Origin: Octopus sinensis
Taxonomy: Eukaryota
Length of the DNA: 64,000 bases
Assembly: GCF_006345805.1 (NCBI RefSeq)
Contig: NC_043014.1
Location: 49,352,001 to 49,416,000 of the forward strand
Direction of reading: 5' to 3'
Part shown: positions 12,716-25,900 of the stretch, piece after piece
Layout: the number at the start of each line of letters is the position of its first letter
How positions within the stretch are numbered: the first letter of the stretch is position 1
Position numbers and translations under genes: made by a program
Notes under the pieces: generated by a model
The model's database searches: none
What the model was told of the DNA's origin: nothing
What the model saw: only the letters and a program-made list of their open reading frames with translations

Positions 12716-12929
12716 GAAGATGGATTTGGCATTAGTCTTTATTCAGTGCAACAATCACTGGTACGGTGAGCAAACAGCTAGTTGACTGCAAGAACTCAGT
12801 ATATTTATGTGATACTTCTTTATGCATGTATGTGATTGATGTGAGTGATGTGACACAGTTGGATGCATAACATCCCACCCATAAAAACAATCGTCATACT
12901 GAATAAAGACTAATGCCAAATCCATCTTC
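12716..12929. repeat. MITE-like element with perfect 32-bp terminal inverted repeats
   Basis: GAAGATGGATTTGGCATTAGTCTTTATTCAGT (12716-12747) and its reverse complement (12898-12929). Confidence 0.8.
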
Positions 12930-14593
12930 TGCTTCGTTCATCGATTATTATTATCTCAACTAAAACTGCGGAATACCTGAAGTAGATCCAACAGAAACAT
13001 ACCCCAACCATGGATGACACCAGGTAGCCCAAACTGTGAATGTACTTTACTCAACTCACTAATTGACATATACCCATTAGTGCAAAAAAATGACATACAT
13101 GCATACATATATATATATGTGTGTGTAATATATAATAAATAGATATATATATATACTAGCAGTAATACCCATCGTTGATTGGGTAATTATTTTTACTCTT
13201 TCTCAGGAGTCACATTCAATGTGTTATTATATATATTGAATTGCTCCTTCTGTATGTGTGTATTTTATAAGAGAAAACATGTCATAATTACATTAGAAAA
13301 AAGACCAATTTCATACATGAACTTCTGTTTGTTTATCATATGACAGTAATAAGTGAGTTGTATGTGTTATTTTATATAATACACAAGGCTTTGGCTGGCA
13401 CAGAGCCGTAATGAAAGAGAACTGTCCAACGTGCTGCACAGTGGGACTGAACCCAAAGTGCCATGGTTGGAAAACAAGCTTCTCAGCCACACAGCCATGC
13501 CTATAAAGGAATGATACCTTTTGGATAATATACTCCTTGATACGATATGCATAACAAAAAGATGGGATGTTTATGGTGAGAGGACCTTTGCATTGCACCG
13601 GACTGGAAACGTGAAACATCTACAGGGCACTCCTATTTCTTTACTACCAACAAGGGGCCAAACACAGAGGGAACAAGCAAGGACAGACAAACGGATTAAG
13701 TCGATTACATCGACCCCAGTATGTAACTGGTACTTAATTTATCGACCCCGAAAGGATGAAAGGCAAAGTTGACCTCGGCAGAATTTGAACTCAGAACGTA
13801 GCGGCAGACGAAATACCTATTTCTTTACTGCCCACAAGCGGCTAAACACAGAGAGGACAAACGGATTAAGTCGATTATATCAACCCCAGTGCGTAACTGG
13901 TACTTAATTTATCGACCCCGAAAGGATGAAAGGCAAAGTTGACCTTGGCGGAATTTGAACTCACAACGTAACGGCAGCCGAAATACCGCAAAGCATTTCG
14001 CCCGACGTGCTAACGATTCTGCAAGCGTACATACCTTTACCCAACTGCCCACACATGCAAACATGCACACACACACACACTCACATGGCCTGGTAATGTT
14101 TGGGATGGTAACATGAAGCATCAACAAGGCACCAACAAAAATTTTAATATTCTTCTCATTTCCTCTGCCAAATTAGACAAAAAGGTCTCCGTGAAATATT
14201 ATACGCTACTTATAATGCATAAGTAGTGTCAATATTTTATCATCAGAAAATGACCTAAAACAAAGATAAAACCCTGTGCATTATACTCAAATCTGATTAA
14301 TCTGCCCATAGTTGATGTTGGAAATGTTTTTTAGTCAACACTCATTTGAGAAGTCTGATTAATGTTTGTTGCAAATTTGGAGGAAAATGGCTGGATACTC
14401 TTCAAGTTACAGGCTTTAATACTGCCAAAATGCTTTAAAAGATGTGGTTTATCTGCCTCTAGGCCCACATTAGGTAAGAAGTTGAAAATTGTTTTGTCCC
14501 GTGACACTCCATGGACCCTAAGTAATGCATATGTAAAGTTTGAATGAAATCAGTTGGGTACTTCTTGAGGTTTTGGGATTCACACAGACAGAC

Positions 14594-14638
<45 letters not shown>

Positions 14639-14709
14639 TGTGTGTGTGTGTGTATGTGTGTGTGTGTGTGTATATATATATACACACACACACACATTGT
14701 GTGTATATA

Positions 14710-14755
<46 letters not shown>

Positions 14756-14844
14756 GGGAGAGTTTACGAAAAAAACAAAAGACAAAGACAGGTGGTGTAC
14801 AAAACAAGCAGATGTATTAGTATAACGCTCAGGAATAGAAAAAG

Positions 14845-14882
14845 TCTTTTACATTTCGAGCCTACGCTCTTCTACAGAAAGG
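14845..14882 (-). ncRNA. Hammerhead-like motif, A6U family copy
   Basis: CCUUU CUGUAGA A GAGC-GUAG-GCUC GAAAU GUA AAAGA. Confidence 0.5.
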
Positions 14883-15236
14883 AACAGAAAAAACAAGGAG
14901 AGAAATATATATATATATATACATGAGAAGTTGAGGTTATAAGAGATAATGGTGTCATTGAGACCCAAAGGTGTCAGGTAATGCTGAATAAGTGCTATAG
15001 ACAGACCATAGTTAAGTTCCAGATTCGGTAATATTGCAAATAAAGGGTTCAACATTGGTTCTATGTCAGCATGTGTATATAAGAATTTTTTGCATAATAA
15101 GTTTAAAAAACCAATGCTGTGTAGATATTAGAGCATTTATAGATAGAAGGTAAGACCTTCTATCAATAAATGCTCTAATATCTACACAGCCTTGGTTTTT
15201 TATCTTATTACACAAAAAATTCTTATATGCATATAC

Positions 15237-15269
<33 letters not shown>

Positions 15270-15367
15270 ATAGTTAATCCAAACAAGAAAATACAAAAAA
15301 ACACAAAACGCGAGGACGTGGAACAAATATAGCATTATTGGACGCTCGGGAAAGAAGGGAAGAAGGA

Positions 15368-15404
15368 GGTTTAACGTTTCGAGCGGAGCTCTTCGTCGGA
15401 AACA
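15368..15404 (-). ncRNA. Hammerhead-like motif with U4C core variant
   Basis: UGUUU CCGACGA A GAGC-UCC-GCUC GAAAC GUU AAACC, in a ~200-bp repeat related to the A6U family. Confidence 0.5.
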
Positions 15405-15470
15405 TAGGAGAAGGAAAGATCCAGAGAAAGGAAGACAGAGGGAAAAAATCGCCAACGGTACACACGAGGT

Positions 15471-15502
<32 letters not shown>

Positions 15503-15505
15503 ATA

Positions 15506-15604
<99 letters not shown>

Positions 15605-15647
15605 CATACATACATACATACATACATAGATAGATAGATTAGATAAT

Positions 15648-15679
<32 letters not shown>

Positions 15680-17992
15680 TCAAAAATTAGGGAATGGAGT
15701 TGATAAAATCCAGCCTACATATGTTTCATAGCTAGCAGAACCTCGGAAGTCATAAATTATTTAAACAAGGTGTAGACCAGAAGCTACTCTTCAGGCCGAG
15801 GATCCTTTGATTACATAAGGCTCACGTTGTCGTTAGGAGATCCTGTGTTAACTTGTTGGGGATTCGATCAAATCAAAATGTGTTGAAAGCACAGTTCAAG
15901 AGGACAACATAGTTGTGAAGAAGAAGTAAAAATAGAAGAAAATCTATATATGGGAGGGGGTAAGTTTGTAACCAAGAAGTATATGAGTAAAGAGGGGCAA
16001 GTGGGGAGAGAAGGATTGGTATTAAAAAATGACTGAAGAGACGTTTTTATGAATGTATACTGGGGTCATATGTACCTCTGTTGAGGGAGAGGCAAGCAAT
16101 CATATTGTAGCATTCTATAAAGCCATTTAAACAGAATCAAATGGATGAAGATATAGGAGTGGTATTCGAAATGGTTAGGGTGGGGAGTGAAGGAGTGGGC
16201 GGTGGAAGATAATGTGTTTTTGGTCAAATTAGTAGAACTTAGTTTTGCCCACCCAGTTGTTAGTAGTAATTCAGTTTTGAAATCTAGGGGCGGCGAGTGA
16301 AGTGGGAGATGGTAGTAGCAGTTGAAATCTGAGATTATGTGAGTGTGTATTAGCATGCATGCATGTATATGTTGTGCGTCTGTAGAATCTAGTAGATATG
16401 TGCACATGCGTGGATACTTGTATATTATCATGTGCGGATGAGATGTGCAGATAGAAAAGTATGAAGGACAAGGAAAACAAGTGGAGAATCATTATCATCG
16501 TTTAACGTCCGCTTTCCGTGCTAGCATGGGTTGGATGATTTGACTGAGAACTGGCAAAACCAGATGGCTGCATCAGGCTCCAGTCTGATCTGGCAGTATT
16601 TCTACAGCTGGATGCCCTTCCTAACGCCAACCACTCCGAGAGTGTAGTGGGTGCTTTTACGTGCGATCAGCACGAGGGCCAGTCAGGCAGTACTGGCAAT
16701 GGCCATGCTCAAATGGTGTTTTTTACGTGCCACCTGGACAGGAGGCAGTCCAGCGGCACTGGCAATGACCTTGCTCGAATGTTTTTTCACATACCACCAG
16801 CACAGGTGCCAGTAAGGCGATGCTGGTAACAATGCATAACAAAAAGATGGGATGTTTATGGCGAGAAGACCTTTGATTTTAATGCAAACACCATCACAAT
16901 CCTAATTTCCTTCATTTTCCAACAGAAAATGAAATGTGATTTCAAAACAATAGCGAAATTTTTTTTTAATTCTTTCATTAAAAATAAATCCTAAAATTTT
17001 GGCTTTTTGCGAAAAGATGTTTTTTAATCATAGTTTTAAAATATAGACAATCCGAATCTGCAATTTCTTTCTCTCTTTTACTTGTTTCAGTCATTTGACT
17101 GCAGCCATGCTGCAGCACCTCCTTTAGTCGAGCAAATCGACCCCAGGACTTATTCTTTGTAAGCCGAGTACTTATTCTATCGGTCTCTTTTGCCAAACCA
17201 CTAAGTCATGGGGACGTAAACACACCAGCATCATTTGTCAAGCGATATTGGGGGAACAAACACAGACATACAAACATATACACACATACGTATATACGAC
17301 GGGCTTCTTCCAGTTTCTGTCTACTAAATCCACTCACAAGGCTTTGGTCGGCCCGAGGCTATAGCAGAAGACACTTGCCCATGGTGCCACGCAGTGGGAC
17401 TCAACCCGGAACCATGTGGTTGGTAAGCAAGCTACTTACCACACAGCCACTCCTGACTTTCAGGTGAAAAGGTGGTTTAAGAGTGATTTAGCTGGTGTTT
17501 GTAGCACACCCCACGACCCCCTGGTATCTTTCTCGTTTCTTTGTCACTCTAATGTGTATTGATGTTTTTCTATAATTTTTCTCCCCATAAACATTTTACA
17601 AAATGATGACGTAGTGGTTAATTGCTAGGATTTAAGAAATAACAAAAAAATTGTTATTTAAATATTTAACCCCACCCTGCATTATGTGAGTCCATATTTA
17701 CTTGCAGAAAATTATGCTATTAAAATAAATTACCTTTTACTTACCTTTTTTAATCGCATACACACTGACAAATACACACACCCAGCATGAACAATATGTT
17801 TTTATAGTGAGTGTAAGCAACAACAAATAAATTTATTTAAGCCTCTAACCCCACTCCGTATCAAGCGAGTCCATGTGTGTGCAAGAAAAAATATATTTTC
17901 TCACAGAAAAGTATGCTATTAAAATAAATTATCTTTTACATACCATTTTTTTTAATTACTCTTGTCACCCTAATGAAATTCCTTACAAACAT

Positions 17993-18026
<34 letters not shown>

Positions 18027-18629
18027 AGAAACACACAGACACTCAGCGTGAACAATAGACTTTTGTGGTGAGTGAGAAAGTTTACCAAAAGAAAATGAAA
18101 GATGTGGACAAACAGAGATCTTTTCTGTTGTTGTTCAGATATTTTGAAATTTTAGAATTAAGTGAAGGTTTTCAAGTTTGGTGTATTGATGTACTTTTTC
18201 ATGCTGAATCTGACATTGTGATTGACATTTTCCAGGAAAAACAACATTTTTTAGAAATATGTTACAGAGGTTTAAAGTTTGATGATTTTTACCCAATAAG
18301 AAAACAGGATTTGTATGTAATAGGTGTCATAAAATGGCAGAAAACATTAGAAGAACAGGTTTTAAACAAAACAAAACCAAAGTGTGAGGATTATTACATA
18401 TACAAAAAGAGTGTCAAAGAGGATGGTAAATCATAGAAAAAGACAGATTGTTGGTGATGGATAGAGAGTGGGAGAGTTGTCAACGGCGAAAATTATATTT
18501 TTTCTATATTGTGTATGGATGACCTTTTCTTTGGGATGACGATTTCAAAAATCAAATTCACTTTCTTGAGGTTGCCCCATTTCTGAGCCTTTTTGTGCTA
18601 AACACACATACATAACCACATACACTCAA

Positions 18630-18691
<62 letters not shown>

Positions 18692-19103
18692 AAAATGTGA
18701 CTAAGCATTCTGCCCTGTGTGTTAACGATTCTGTCAGCTTGTCAGTTTAATAATGTATCAGTGATATCAGGGGCCTCATTGTAAAATTGCAAGAAAAGTC
18801 AATAGGCAGATATCAATAGGCAGTACTCAATAGTAATGTGTTTGGGGAGAGATGGGTATCAGGTGGTGTGGTGAGAATATACAAAGAGAAGGGGGGGCAA
18901 GCAGGAAGTGTTGAAAATGGGTTAATGTGGGGCTGGAGTGGGTGAGGAATGAATAATAAAACTTCTTTTTAAATTGGTTTATATATAGATCTGCCTTTTC
19001 ATTAATTTGCAATTTGGGTTGTATGCAAATATGGGCAAAATAGGCAATTATTTAAGGCAGAGTTCTTTTTCAAGCCAAGGATTGCTTATATGTGTGTGTG
19101 TGT

Positions 19104-19405
19104 GGAGGCGCAATGGCCCAGTGGTTAGGGCAGCGGACTCGCGGTCGTAGGATCACTGTTTTGATTCCCAGACCGGGCATTGTGAGTGTTTATTGAGCAA
19201 AAACACCTAAAGCTCCATGAGGCTCCGGCAGGTGGGTGGTGGCGATCCCTACTGTACTCTTTCGCCACAACTTTTTCTCACTCTTTCTTCTGTTGACCTG
19301 CTTGCTTAGCCAGCAGGGTGGCGTCATTTGAAGGCTAAAACAATGCAAAGCGCATTGTGACCAGCGATGTGTTGCAACATCTGATAGCCTGGTTGGTCAC
19401 GGTAA
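19104..19405 (+). mobile_element. SINE family D with tRNA-Arg(TCG)-like head
   Basis: GGCGCAATGGCCCAGTGGTTAGGGCAGCGGACTCGCGGTC...GATTCCC. Copies at 29010-29308 (-) and 53700-54030 (-). Confidence 0.8.
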
Positions 19406-20481
19406 TATATATATATGGAAAAGAATATATATATATAGCTGCAGGCTGTGTGGTAAGTAGCTTACTTACCAACCACATGGTTCCGGGTTCAGTCCCACTG
19501 CATGGCACATTGGGCTAGTATCTTCTACTATAGCCTTGAGCCAACAAAAGCCTTGTGCCTTGAGAGTGGATTTGGCAGATGGAAACTGAAAGAAGCCCGT
19601 CGTATATATATATGTATGTGTGCATATATGTTTGTGTGTGTGTGAAATCTTTGTGTGCGTGAAATTTTGGGCATGTATCTTCTATTATAGCCTCAAGTTG
19701 ACCAAAGCCTTGTGAGTGGATCTGGTTGATGGAAACTGAAAGAAGCCCATTGTATTCTTTTATTCTTTTATTTAATTCTATCATTTGGCTGTGGCTATGC
19801 TGGAGCACTGCCTTTAGTCAAACAAATTGACCCCAGGACTTATTCTTTGTAAGCCTAGTACTTATTCTATTGGTTTCTTTAGCCAAACTGCTAAGTTACA
19901 GGGATGTAAACGCACCAACATTGGTTGTCAAGCGATGGTGGTAGGACAAGGACACACACACACATACACACACACATATACGACAGGCTTCTTTCAGTTT
20001 CCGTCTACCAAATCCACTCACAAGGCTTTGGTTGGCCCAAGGTTATAGCAGAAGACACTTGCCCAAGAAGCCATGCAGTGGGACTGAACCTGGAACCATG
20101 TGGTTAGGAATTTATGTTTCTCCACTTTTCCATCTGCTTCTTTGTCTGCTCCAAAATCCTTCTTCCTGTCACCTTTGGAACCACAACCTTTGTACTCCTC
20201 AAGCTTTTCTTCAACTTCTGGATCAATGTATCTATCATAGAATACAAGAGATAATGGTGTCATTGAGACCCAAAGGTGTCAGGCAATGCTGAATAAGTGC
20301 TTTAGACAAACCATAGTTAAGTTCCAGGTTCGGTAGTTTTGCGAATAAGGGGTTCAACGTTGGTCATATGTTAGCGTATGTATATAAGAATTTTTTACGT
20401 AATGAGATAAAAAACCAATGCTGTGTAGATATTAGAACATTTATAGATAGAAGGTCTTATAGGATACAAAATATAAGGGTA

Positions 20482-20820
20482 AAGACCCCCTTCGGTCAGG
20501 CACTGACCATGGGTTTGCACCTAGAGAGATACCCTCTGAGGCACAAGTCTGGGCAAGGTTGTTTTATGGAAGACCAGCAGTCGCCCATGCATACCGGCCT
20601 CCCCTCTCCACGTCACCAGTGTTATCCAAGGGAAAGGCAAAGGGGCCGATACAGCTTGGCACCAGTGACGTCGCAACTCATTTCTACAGCTGAGTGAACT
20701 GGAGCAACGTGAAATAAAGTGCCTTGCTCAAGAACACAACACGCAACCCCGTCCGGGATTCGAGCTCACAACCTCACGATCGTAAGCTCGACGCTCTAAC
20801 CACTGAGCCATGCGCCTTCA
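20482..20820 (-). mobile_element. tRNA-headed SINE (further family)
   Basis: Head GGCGCATGGCTCAGTGGTTAGAGCG...CTCGAATCCCGG on the minus strand; a degenerate relative is at ~32520-32720. Confidence 0.75.
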
Positions 20821-20877
20821 AAATATATACAAAATATAGGATACAAAATATTGGATACAAAATATCTATTTCCTTAA

Positions 20878-21098
20878 CCCTTTAGCATTTAAACCGGCCA
20901 TATCCAGCCAAAAGTATTCTACCTATTTTACGTTCAAATTGGCCAGATCTGGTCTCTCACACCAGCCCTACAATATCATTTTAAAAATTAACAGCTACCT
21001 CATCAAAATCTCATAGCTACAAGATAATGCCTAATTAGTTCAAGGCAATGTGGATAAAAAAGGATTCATTTCGGCAGAATAATGCGAACACTAAAGGG
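20878..21098. mobile_element. piggyBac-type MITE
   Basis: TTAA|CCCTTTAG...CTAAAGGG|TTAA. Confidence 0.85.
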
Positions 21099-21109
21099 TT
21101 AAACTGATC

Positions 21110-21440
21110 CCAGGATTTTTTTCCTGATGGCTTCTTTCAGCTGTTCTTCCTTCACAACCTTCACCCGTTGTCCCCTTGATACTAACTGCAGTATTGTTTC
21201 CTCCCCTCTCTCATCCAACACAATCTTTGCCCACACAAAGTGGTGGTCACCTTCTGTGTTGAACAGGGTGTTCTACAGAGACATCTTGTAGAATATGCCT
21301 TTTATTGACCAGGATGTGGTCAATCTCATTTTGGTCCCTTGTGTCTGGGGCAATCTTGGTCCACCTGTTCCTGGCCCTTTTTTTGAACAGGCTATTGCTG
21401 ATATATAACCTTTTTGACTCTGTCAAAGCCATCGTATATA
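21110..21440 (-). mobile_element. RTE-type LINE AP-endonuclease fragment
   Basis: LYISNSLFKKRARNRWTKIAPDTRDQNEIDHILVNKRHILQDVSV (NEIDHIL motif). Confidence 0.7.
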
Positions 21441-22309
21441 AATATTTGTATAAATATGTGTGTGTGTTTATGTATAAATATGTGTGTGTATATGTATAAA
21501 TATGTGTGTGTGTTTGTGTGTCTGTGTTTGTCCCCACACCCCCAACATCGCTTGACAACCGATGGTGATGTGTTTACATCCCCGTAACTTAGCAGTTTGG
21601 CAAAAGAGAGGCCATTAGAATAAGTATTAGGCTCATAAAGAATAAGTCCTGGGGTTCGATTTGCTCGACTAAAAGCGGTGCTCCAGCATGGCCACAGTCA
21701 AATGACTGAAACAAGTAAAAGAAAAAGAAATTCTTTTTTTTTCTTTTTTACTTGTTTCAGTCATTTGACTGTGGCCATGCTGGAGCAGCGCCTTTAGTCG
21801 AGCAGATCGACCCCCAGGATCGACTTATTCTTTATAAGACCAGTACTTATTCTATCGGTCTCTTTTTGCCGAACCGCTAAGTGACGGGGACATAAACACA
21901 CCAGCATCGGTTGTCAAGCAATGCTAGGGGGACAAACACAGACACACAAACATATACACACACACAAATACACACATACATATATATATACACATGTATA
22001 CGACAGGCTTCTTTCAGTTTCCGTCTACCAAATCCACTCACAAGGCATTGGTCGGCCCGGGGCTGTAGCAGCAGACGCTTGCCCAAGATGCCACGCAGTG
22101 GGACTGAACCCGGAACCATGTGGTTTGTAAGCAAGCTACTTACCACACAGCCACTCCTGCGCCTCCAAATGTATATGTTTACATATACATATGTTTGTGC
22201 ACATGTATGCTTGTATTTGTATGCGTTTGTGTGTGCATGTGTATGCATGCGTGTATATGTGCATATTTGATCTGTTATTGCGTGCATTCTATTTTGTGCT
22301 CTCCCAGGT

Positions 22310-22380
<71 letters not shown>

Positions 22381-22499
22381 ATGTGCAGACTAGAAAAAGA
22401 AAAACATTTGCTTAGTTAAGTCTACTTGAATAGTTGTTTTTTTTTACCTTTTTATATTTATGTTGTTTTGGCGACAAATATTTTTATTGTTGTTTCAGT

Positions 22500-22659
22500 T
22501 ACTACTACTACTACAACTACTACTACCACCACCACCACCACCACCACCACCACCACACCACTACTACCACCACTACTACTACTACACTACTACTACCACT
22601 ACTACTACTACTACCACTACCACTACCACTACTACTACCCCCACCACCACCACCACCAT

Positions 22660-22713
<54 letters not shown>

Positions 22714-22776
22714 TACTACTACCACCACCACTACCACTACTACTACCACCACCACCACCACCACTACTACCACCAA

Positions 22777-22809
<33 letters not shown>

Positions 22810-22937
22810 CACTACTACTACCACTACTACCACCACCACCACCACTACCATCACCACTACAACTACTACTACCACCACCACCACTACCACTACTACTACC
22901 ATTACCACCACCACCACCACTACTACTACTACTACTT
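22500..22937. repeat. (ACT/ACC)n trinucleotide microsatellite
   Basis: Direct reading; source of the poly-T/H/Y/V pseudo-ORFs. Confidence 0.95.
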
Positions 22938-23457
22938 ATTTATTTATATTTGCTTTGGGAATTCCATGGGAGTTTTCTGCCGTGCCGTCTTGTGCCTCTT
23001 TGTTTTCCTGTTTGTTTTGTTCTGAAGTTTTAGTTTCTTCTCCCTTGTTATATTGGTGTGCATTCCGTTGTATATGCTGTGTGTGCTGATGCATATACTC
23101 TGAGTTGTGAGATTTTATTTGGCCTCAGTCTTCTTGAGCATATGTTGTTGTTCAAGTTAAGTTTAGATCATTAAGTGCTTGGTGTATAGCGTGTGGGCTA
23201 AATAGGAAGTTTTTGCTTTCTGAACTATTTCGTTTTCGGATAACGCCAACCACTCCGCGAGTGTAGTGGTTGCTTTTTTTTTTTTTTTTTTTGGCACGTA
23301 AAAAGCACCCACTACACTCGCGGAGTGGTTGGCGTTAGGAAGGGCATCCAGCCGTAGAAACTCTGCCAGATCAGACTGGAGCCCGGAGCAGCCCCTGGCT
23401 TCCCAGACCCCGGTCGAACCGTCCAACCCGTGCTAGCGCGGAAAACGGACGTTAAAC

Positions 23458-23490
<33 letters not shown>

Positions 23491-23699
23491 CTAGTTTGCA
23501 AGATTCTTTATATGAGTTCGTGTGTTGAAGCATATTTTGTTGTGTCTGGGGAGAGTCGTTTTCTTTTTGTGCTTTATAATTTAACACACATACCTGTAAA
23601 ATTTCCACTTATTTCTTTTTTTTTTTTCCTAAAATTTTCGTTGTGTCTTGCAACCTTTTCAATAGTCTTGACTCTTTCTGAACTATTCTATTGATTTGC

Positions 23700-24430
23700 A
23701 AGCTATTCTATTGAATTGATAGTGCCTTGCCCAAGATGTGGGCCATTCTCCTAGTAGAACTATTTTGGGGTTAGTTTAGTGTTTTGACTCCTGAAATGGC
23801 TTCTGTGTTTCTTTTCATATATAAATGCTTCTGTACAGTCACCGGAAGTAACTTGCATGGACACCGGAAATACATCTGCCATCACCAGAGAAAACAAAGC
23901 AACTACCCCCATCGACTTGCCTGACCTTTCATTGGACAAAAGCTACCTACCTGCCATTCTATTGGACACTGGCTAAACATCACTGCTGATATTTTTGTAT
24001 AAATACACATCATAGATCGCCGTAAAGGCAGTTGGCTTTTTGGCACTTGACTGATGTAAATCGTGTCCCTCACGCCTGCCACGCTCGCCACTCACGCCGC
24101 CTCAAACCTTTGTACTGCTATTTCACGCCTGAAATAAATCGCTGTAGAAACTTACACCTCTTGCCTGCTCGTCATTTCAACTACTGCTTTCGTCTGTCCA
24201 GTTTTGCTGATTACGACCACAGTCCTTTTGAGGGCTAATTCAAGTCTGATCTGAATGCGATAACAGTCCTTTTTAGGACTACTCTCAGATCAGACCAGAA
24301 GTAGTGGCCAAGAATCTTACCCGCTACACTTCAATTACTGCTGGTATTGTTTTTACCCTCGTGTCCTACCTCTTGAATATTTCAGTTTCAATGTCCTCAT
24401 GTTTTGATAGTTTTCCCACTTCTTTTCGAA
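23700..24430 (-). mobile_element. Older degenerate R4/Dong 3' end, split by a solo LTR
   Basis: KLSKHEDIETEIFKR*DTRVKTIPAVIEAF...KIVLLG..AHILGKALSIQ-stop once 23832-24328 is removed. Confidence 0.6.
23832..24328 (+). mobile_element. Solo LTR (497 bp), probably Ty3/gypsy type
   Basis: TGTA...TACA ends; 4-bp TSD CTTC (23828-23831, 24329-24332); internal CCGGAAGT, two ATTGG boxes, TATAAATA (~23997) and AATAAA (~24134). Confidence 0.8.
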
Positions 24431-24830
24431 TAATATTTTATCATACCTAATGTGCCTACTATGATAGGAATTGTTTCTGTTTTTAGATTCCACATTCGAG
24501 TTACCTCTATTTCCAGGTCTTTGTATTTTGAAAGTTTCTCCATTTCTTTTAGAGAAAAGTTGTCATCAGCCGGTATTGATACATCAATTAGAAAGCATTT
24601 TTTTTCTTCATGATCTCTGACAACTATATCTGGCCTGTTGGCCTTAATTTCTCTATCTGTGTGTATTGGCATATCCCAGAGTATGGTTGCTTTCTCGTTT
24701 TCTGTGACCTTTTCTGGAGTGTGCCTATACCATCTTTTTTCTGTTGTTGTTGTTGTTGTTGTTATTATTATTATTATGTTTTTTCCTTCTTTCTTCAAAT
24801 TTTCTTCCGTTTCTCGCCAAGTGTTTTTCC
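24430..24830 (-). mobile_element. R4/Dong LINE fragment, restriction-like endonuclease domain
   Basis: WYRHTPEKVTENEKATILWDMPIHTDREIKANRPDIVVRDHEEKKCFLIDVSIP...EKLSKYKDLEIE (PD..D motif); preceded by a long (TAA)n. Confidence 0.88.
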
Positions 24831-24831
24831 A

Positions 24832-24909
<78 letters not shown>

Positions 24910-25106
24910 AGCAGACACCTTGGAACATTTGGATGGCTTCTCCAGCATTATGTAAGTTGCCTGAGTCTTTCTATCAGTTTTATTGTGCTTTGCTTCTTAA
25001 CAAAAAAGTTTTAAATTTTGTTTATTCCATTTGTAGTGGAGGAAATGACAAGTTTCTAAAATATACTTCAGACAAACTGACCAACACAGAGATCACTCCT
25101 GATTAA

Positions 25107-25900
25107 ATCTTTTCATTACTGTATCTATTTTGAGATGCTCTGTGTTTCTTTCAGTTACTTTAAATATAATAAAGAATTTAGTAAAATAACTTAGTTATCA
25201 TTCAGCTAGTGTTAGGAACATAAATTGTGACTAAGGTTTGGTGGAAGATTTTTACTTCAAAACTTTTGAAAACAAGACATTTGTACTACAGAGCCAGAGT
25301 CTGTTTCAGTTGGGTTGGTAACAAAAGGGTTAAGAATTGTTTCTCTATTATATATTTTAACCCTTTTATTACTGTATTTATTTTGAGATGCTCTGTGTTT
25401 CTTTCAATTAATTTTAAATATAACAAAGAATTTAGTAAAATAACTTAGTTATCATTCAGCTAGGGTTAGGAACAGAAATTGTGACTAAGGTTTGGTAGAA
25501 GATTTTATTTCAAAACTTATGGAAACAAGACATTTGTACTACAGAGCCAGAGTCAGTTTCAGCTGGGTTGGTAACAAAAGGGTTAAGAATTATTTCTCTA
25601 TTACATATTTTAACCCTTTCATTACTATATTTATTTTGAGATGCCCTGTGTTTCTTTGAATTATTTAAATATAACAAAGAATTTAGTAAAATAACTCAGT
25701 TATCATTAAGCTCTACATTTGTATTTGTCCCCTCTGTATTCAGCCCCGTGTGGCCAATAAAAGAAAGTTATCATTAAGCTAGTGTTAGGATAGTAAATTG
25801 TGACTAAGGTTTGGTGGAAGATTTTAATTCAAAATTTATAAAAACAATTAAGGTTAGGGTTGTACTCAGAGCTGGTTTCAGCCGGGTTGTAGTGAAAGGG
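25107..25900. mobile_element. Three tandem piggyBac-type MITE copies (253-bp period)
   Basis: Units at 25115/25368/25621. The middle copy is TTAA|CCCTTT...AAAGGG|TTAA (25361-25582). The same ~27-bp spacer lies between copies. Confidence 0.75.

Noticed and set aside
15900-16490. Purine-rich block resembling an antisense decayed LINE/PLE ORF (also 18820-19010)
   Set aside because: Too degenerate to assign any motif by eye.
18065-18436. 123-aa non-repetitive ORF
   Set aside because: No recognisable motif, GTG start and no clear splice partners. It may be a decayed transposon; a BLAST or HMM search is needed.
19104-19180. Possible tRNA genes in SINE heads (also ~20750-20820, 29235-29308, 53955-54030, 59118-59190)
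   Set aside because: They have A/B-box-like sequence but imperfect cloverleafs and no Pol III terminator, and they run directly into SINE bodies.
22426-23089. Long ORFs of 199-209 aa (poly-H/Y/T/P/L), and similar ones at 27287-27895, 54851-55480 and 62952-63593
   Set aside because: They are translations of stop-free trinucleotide microsatellites, with no splice or domain support.
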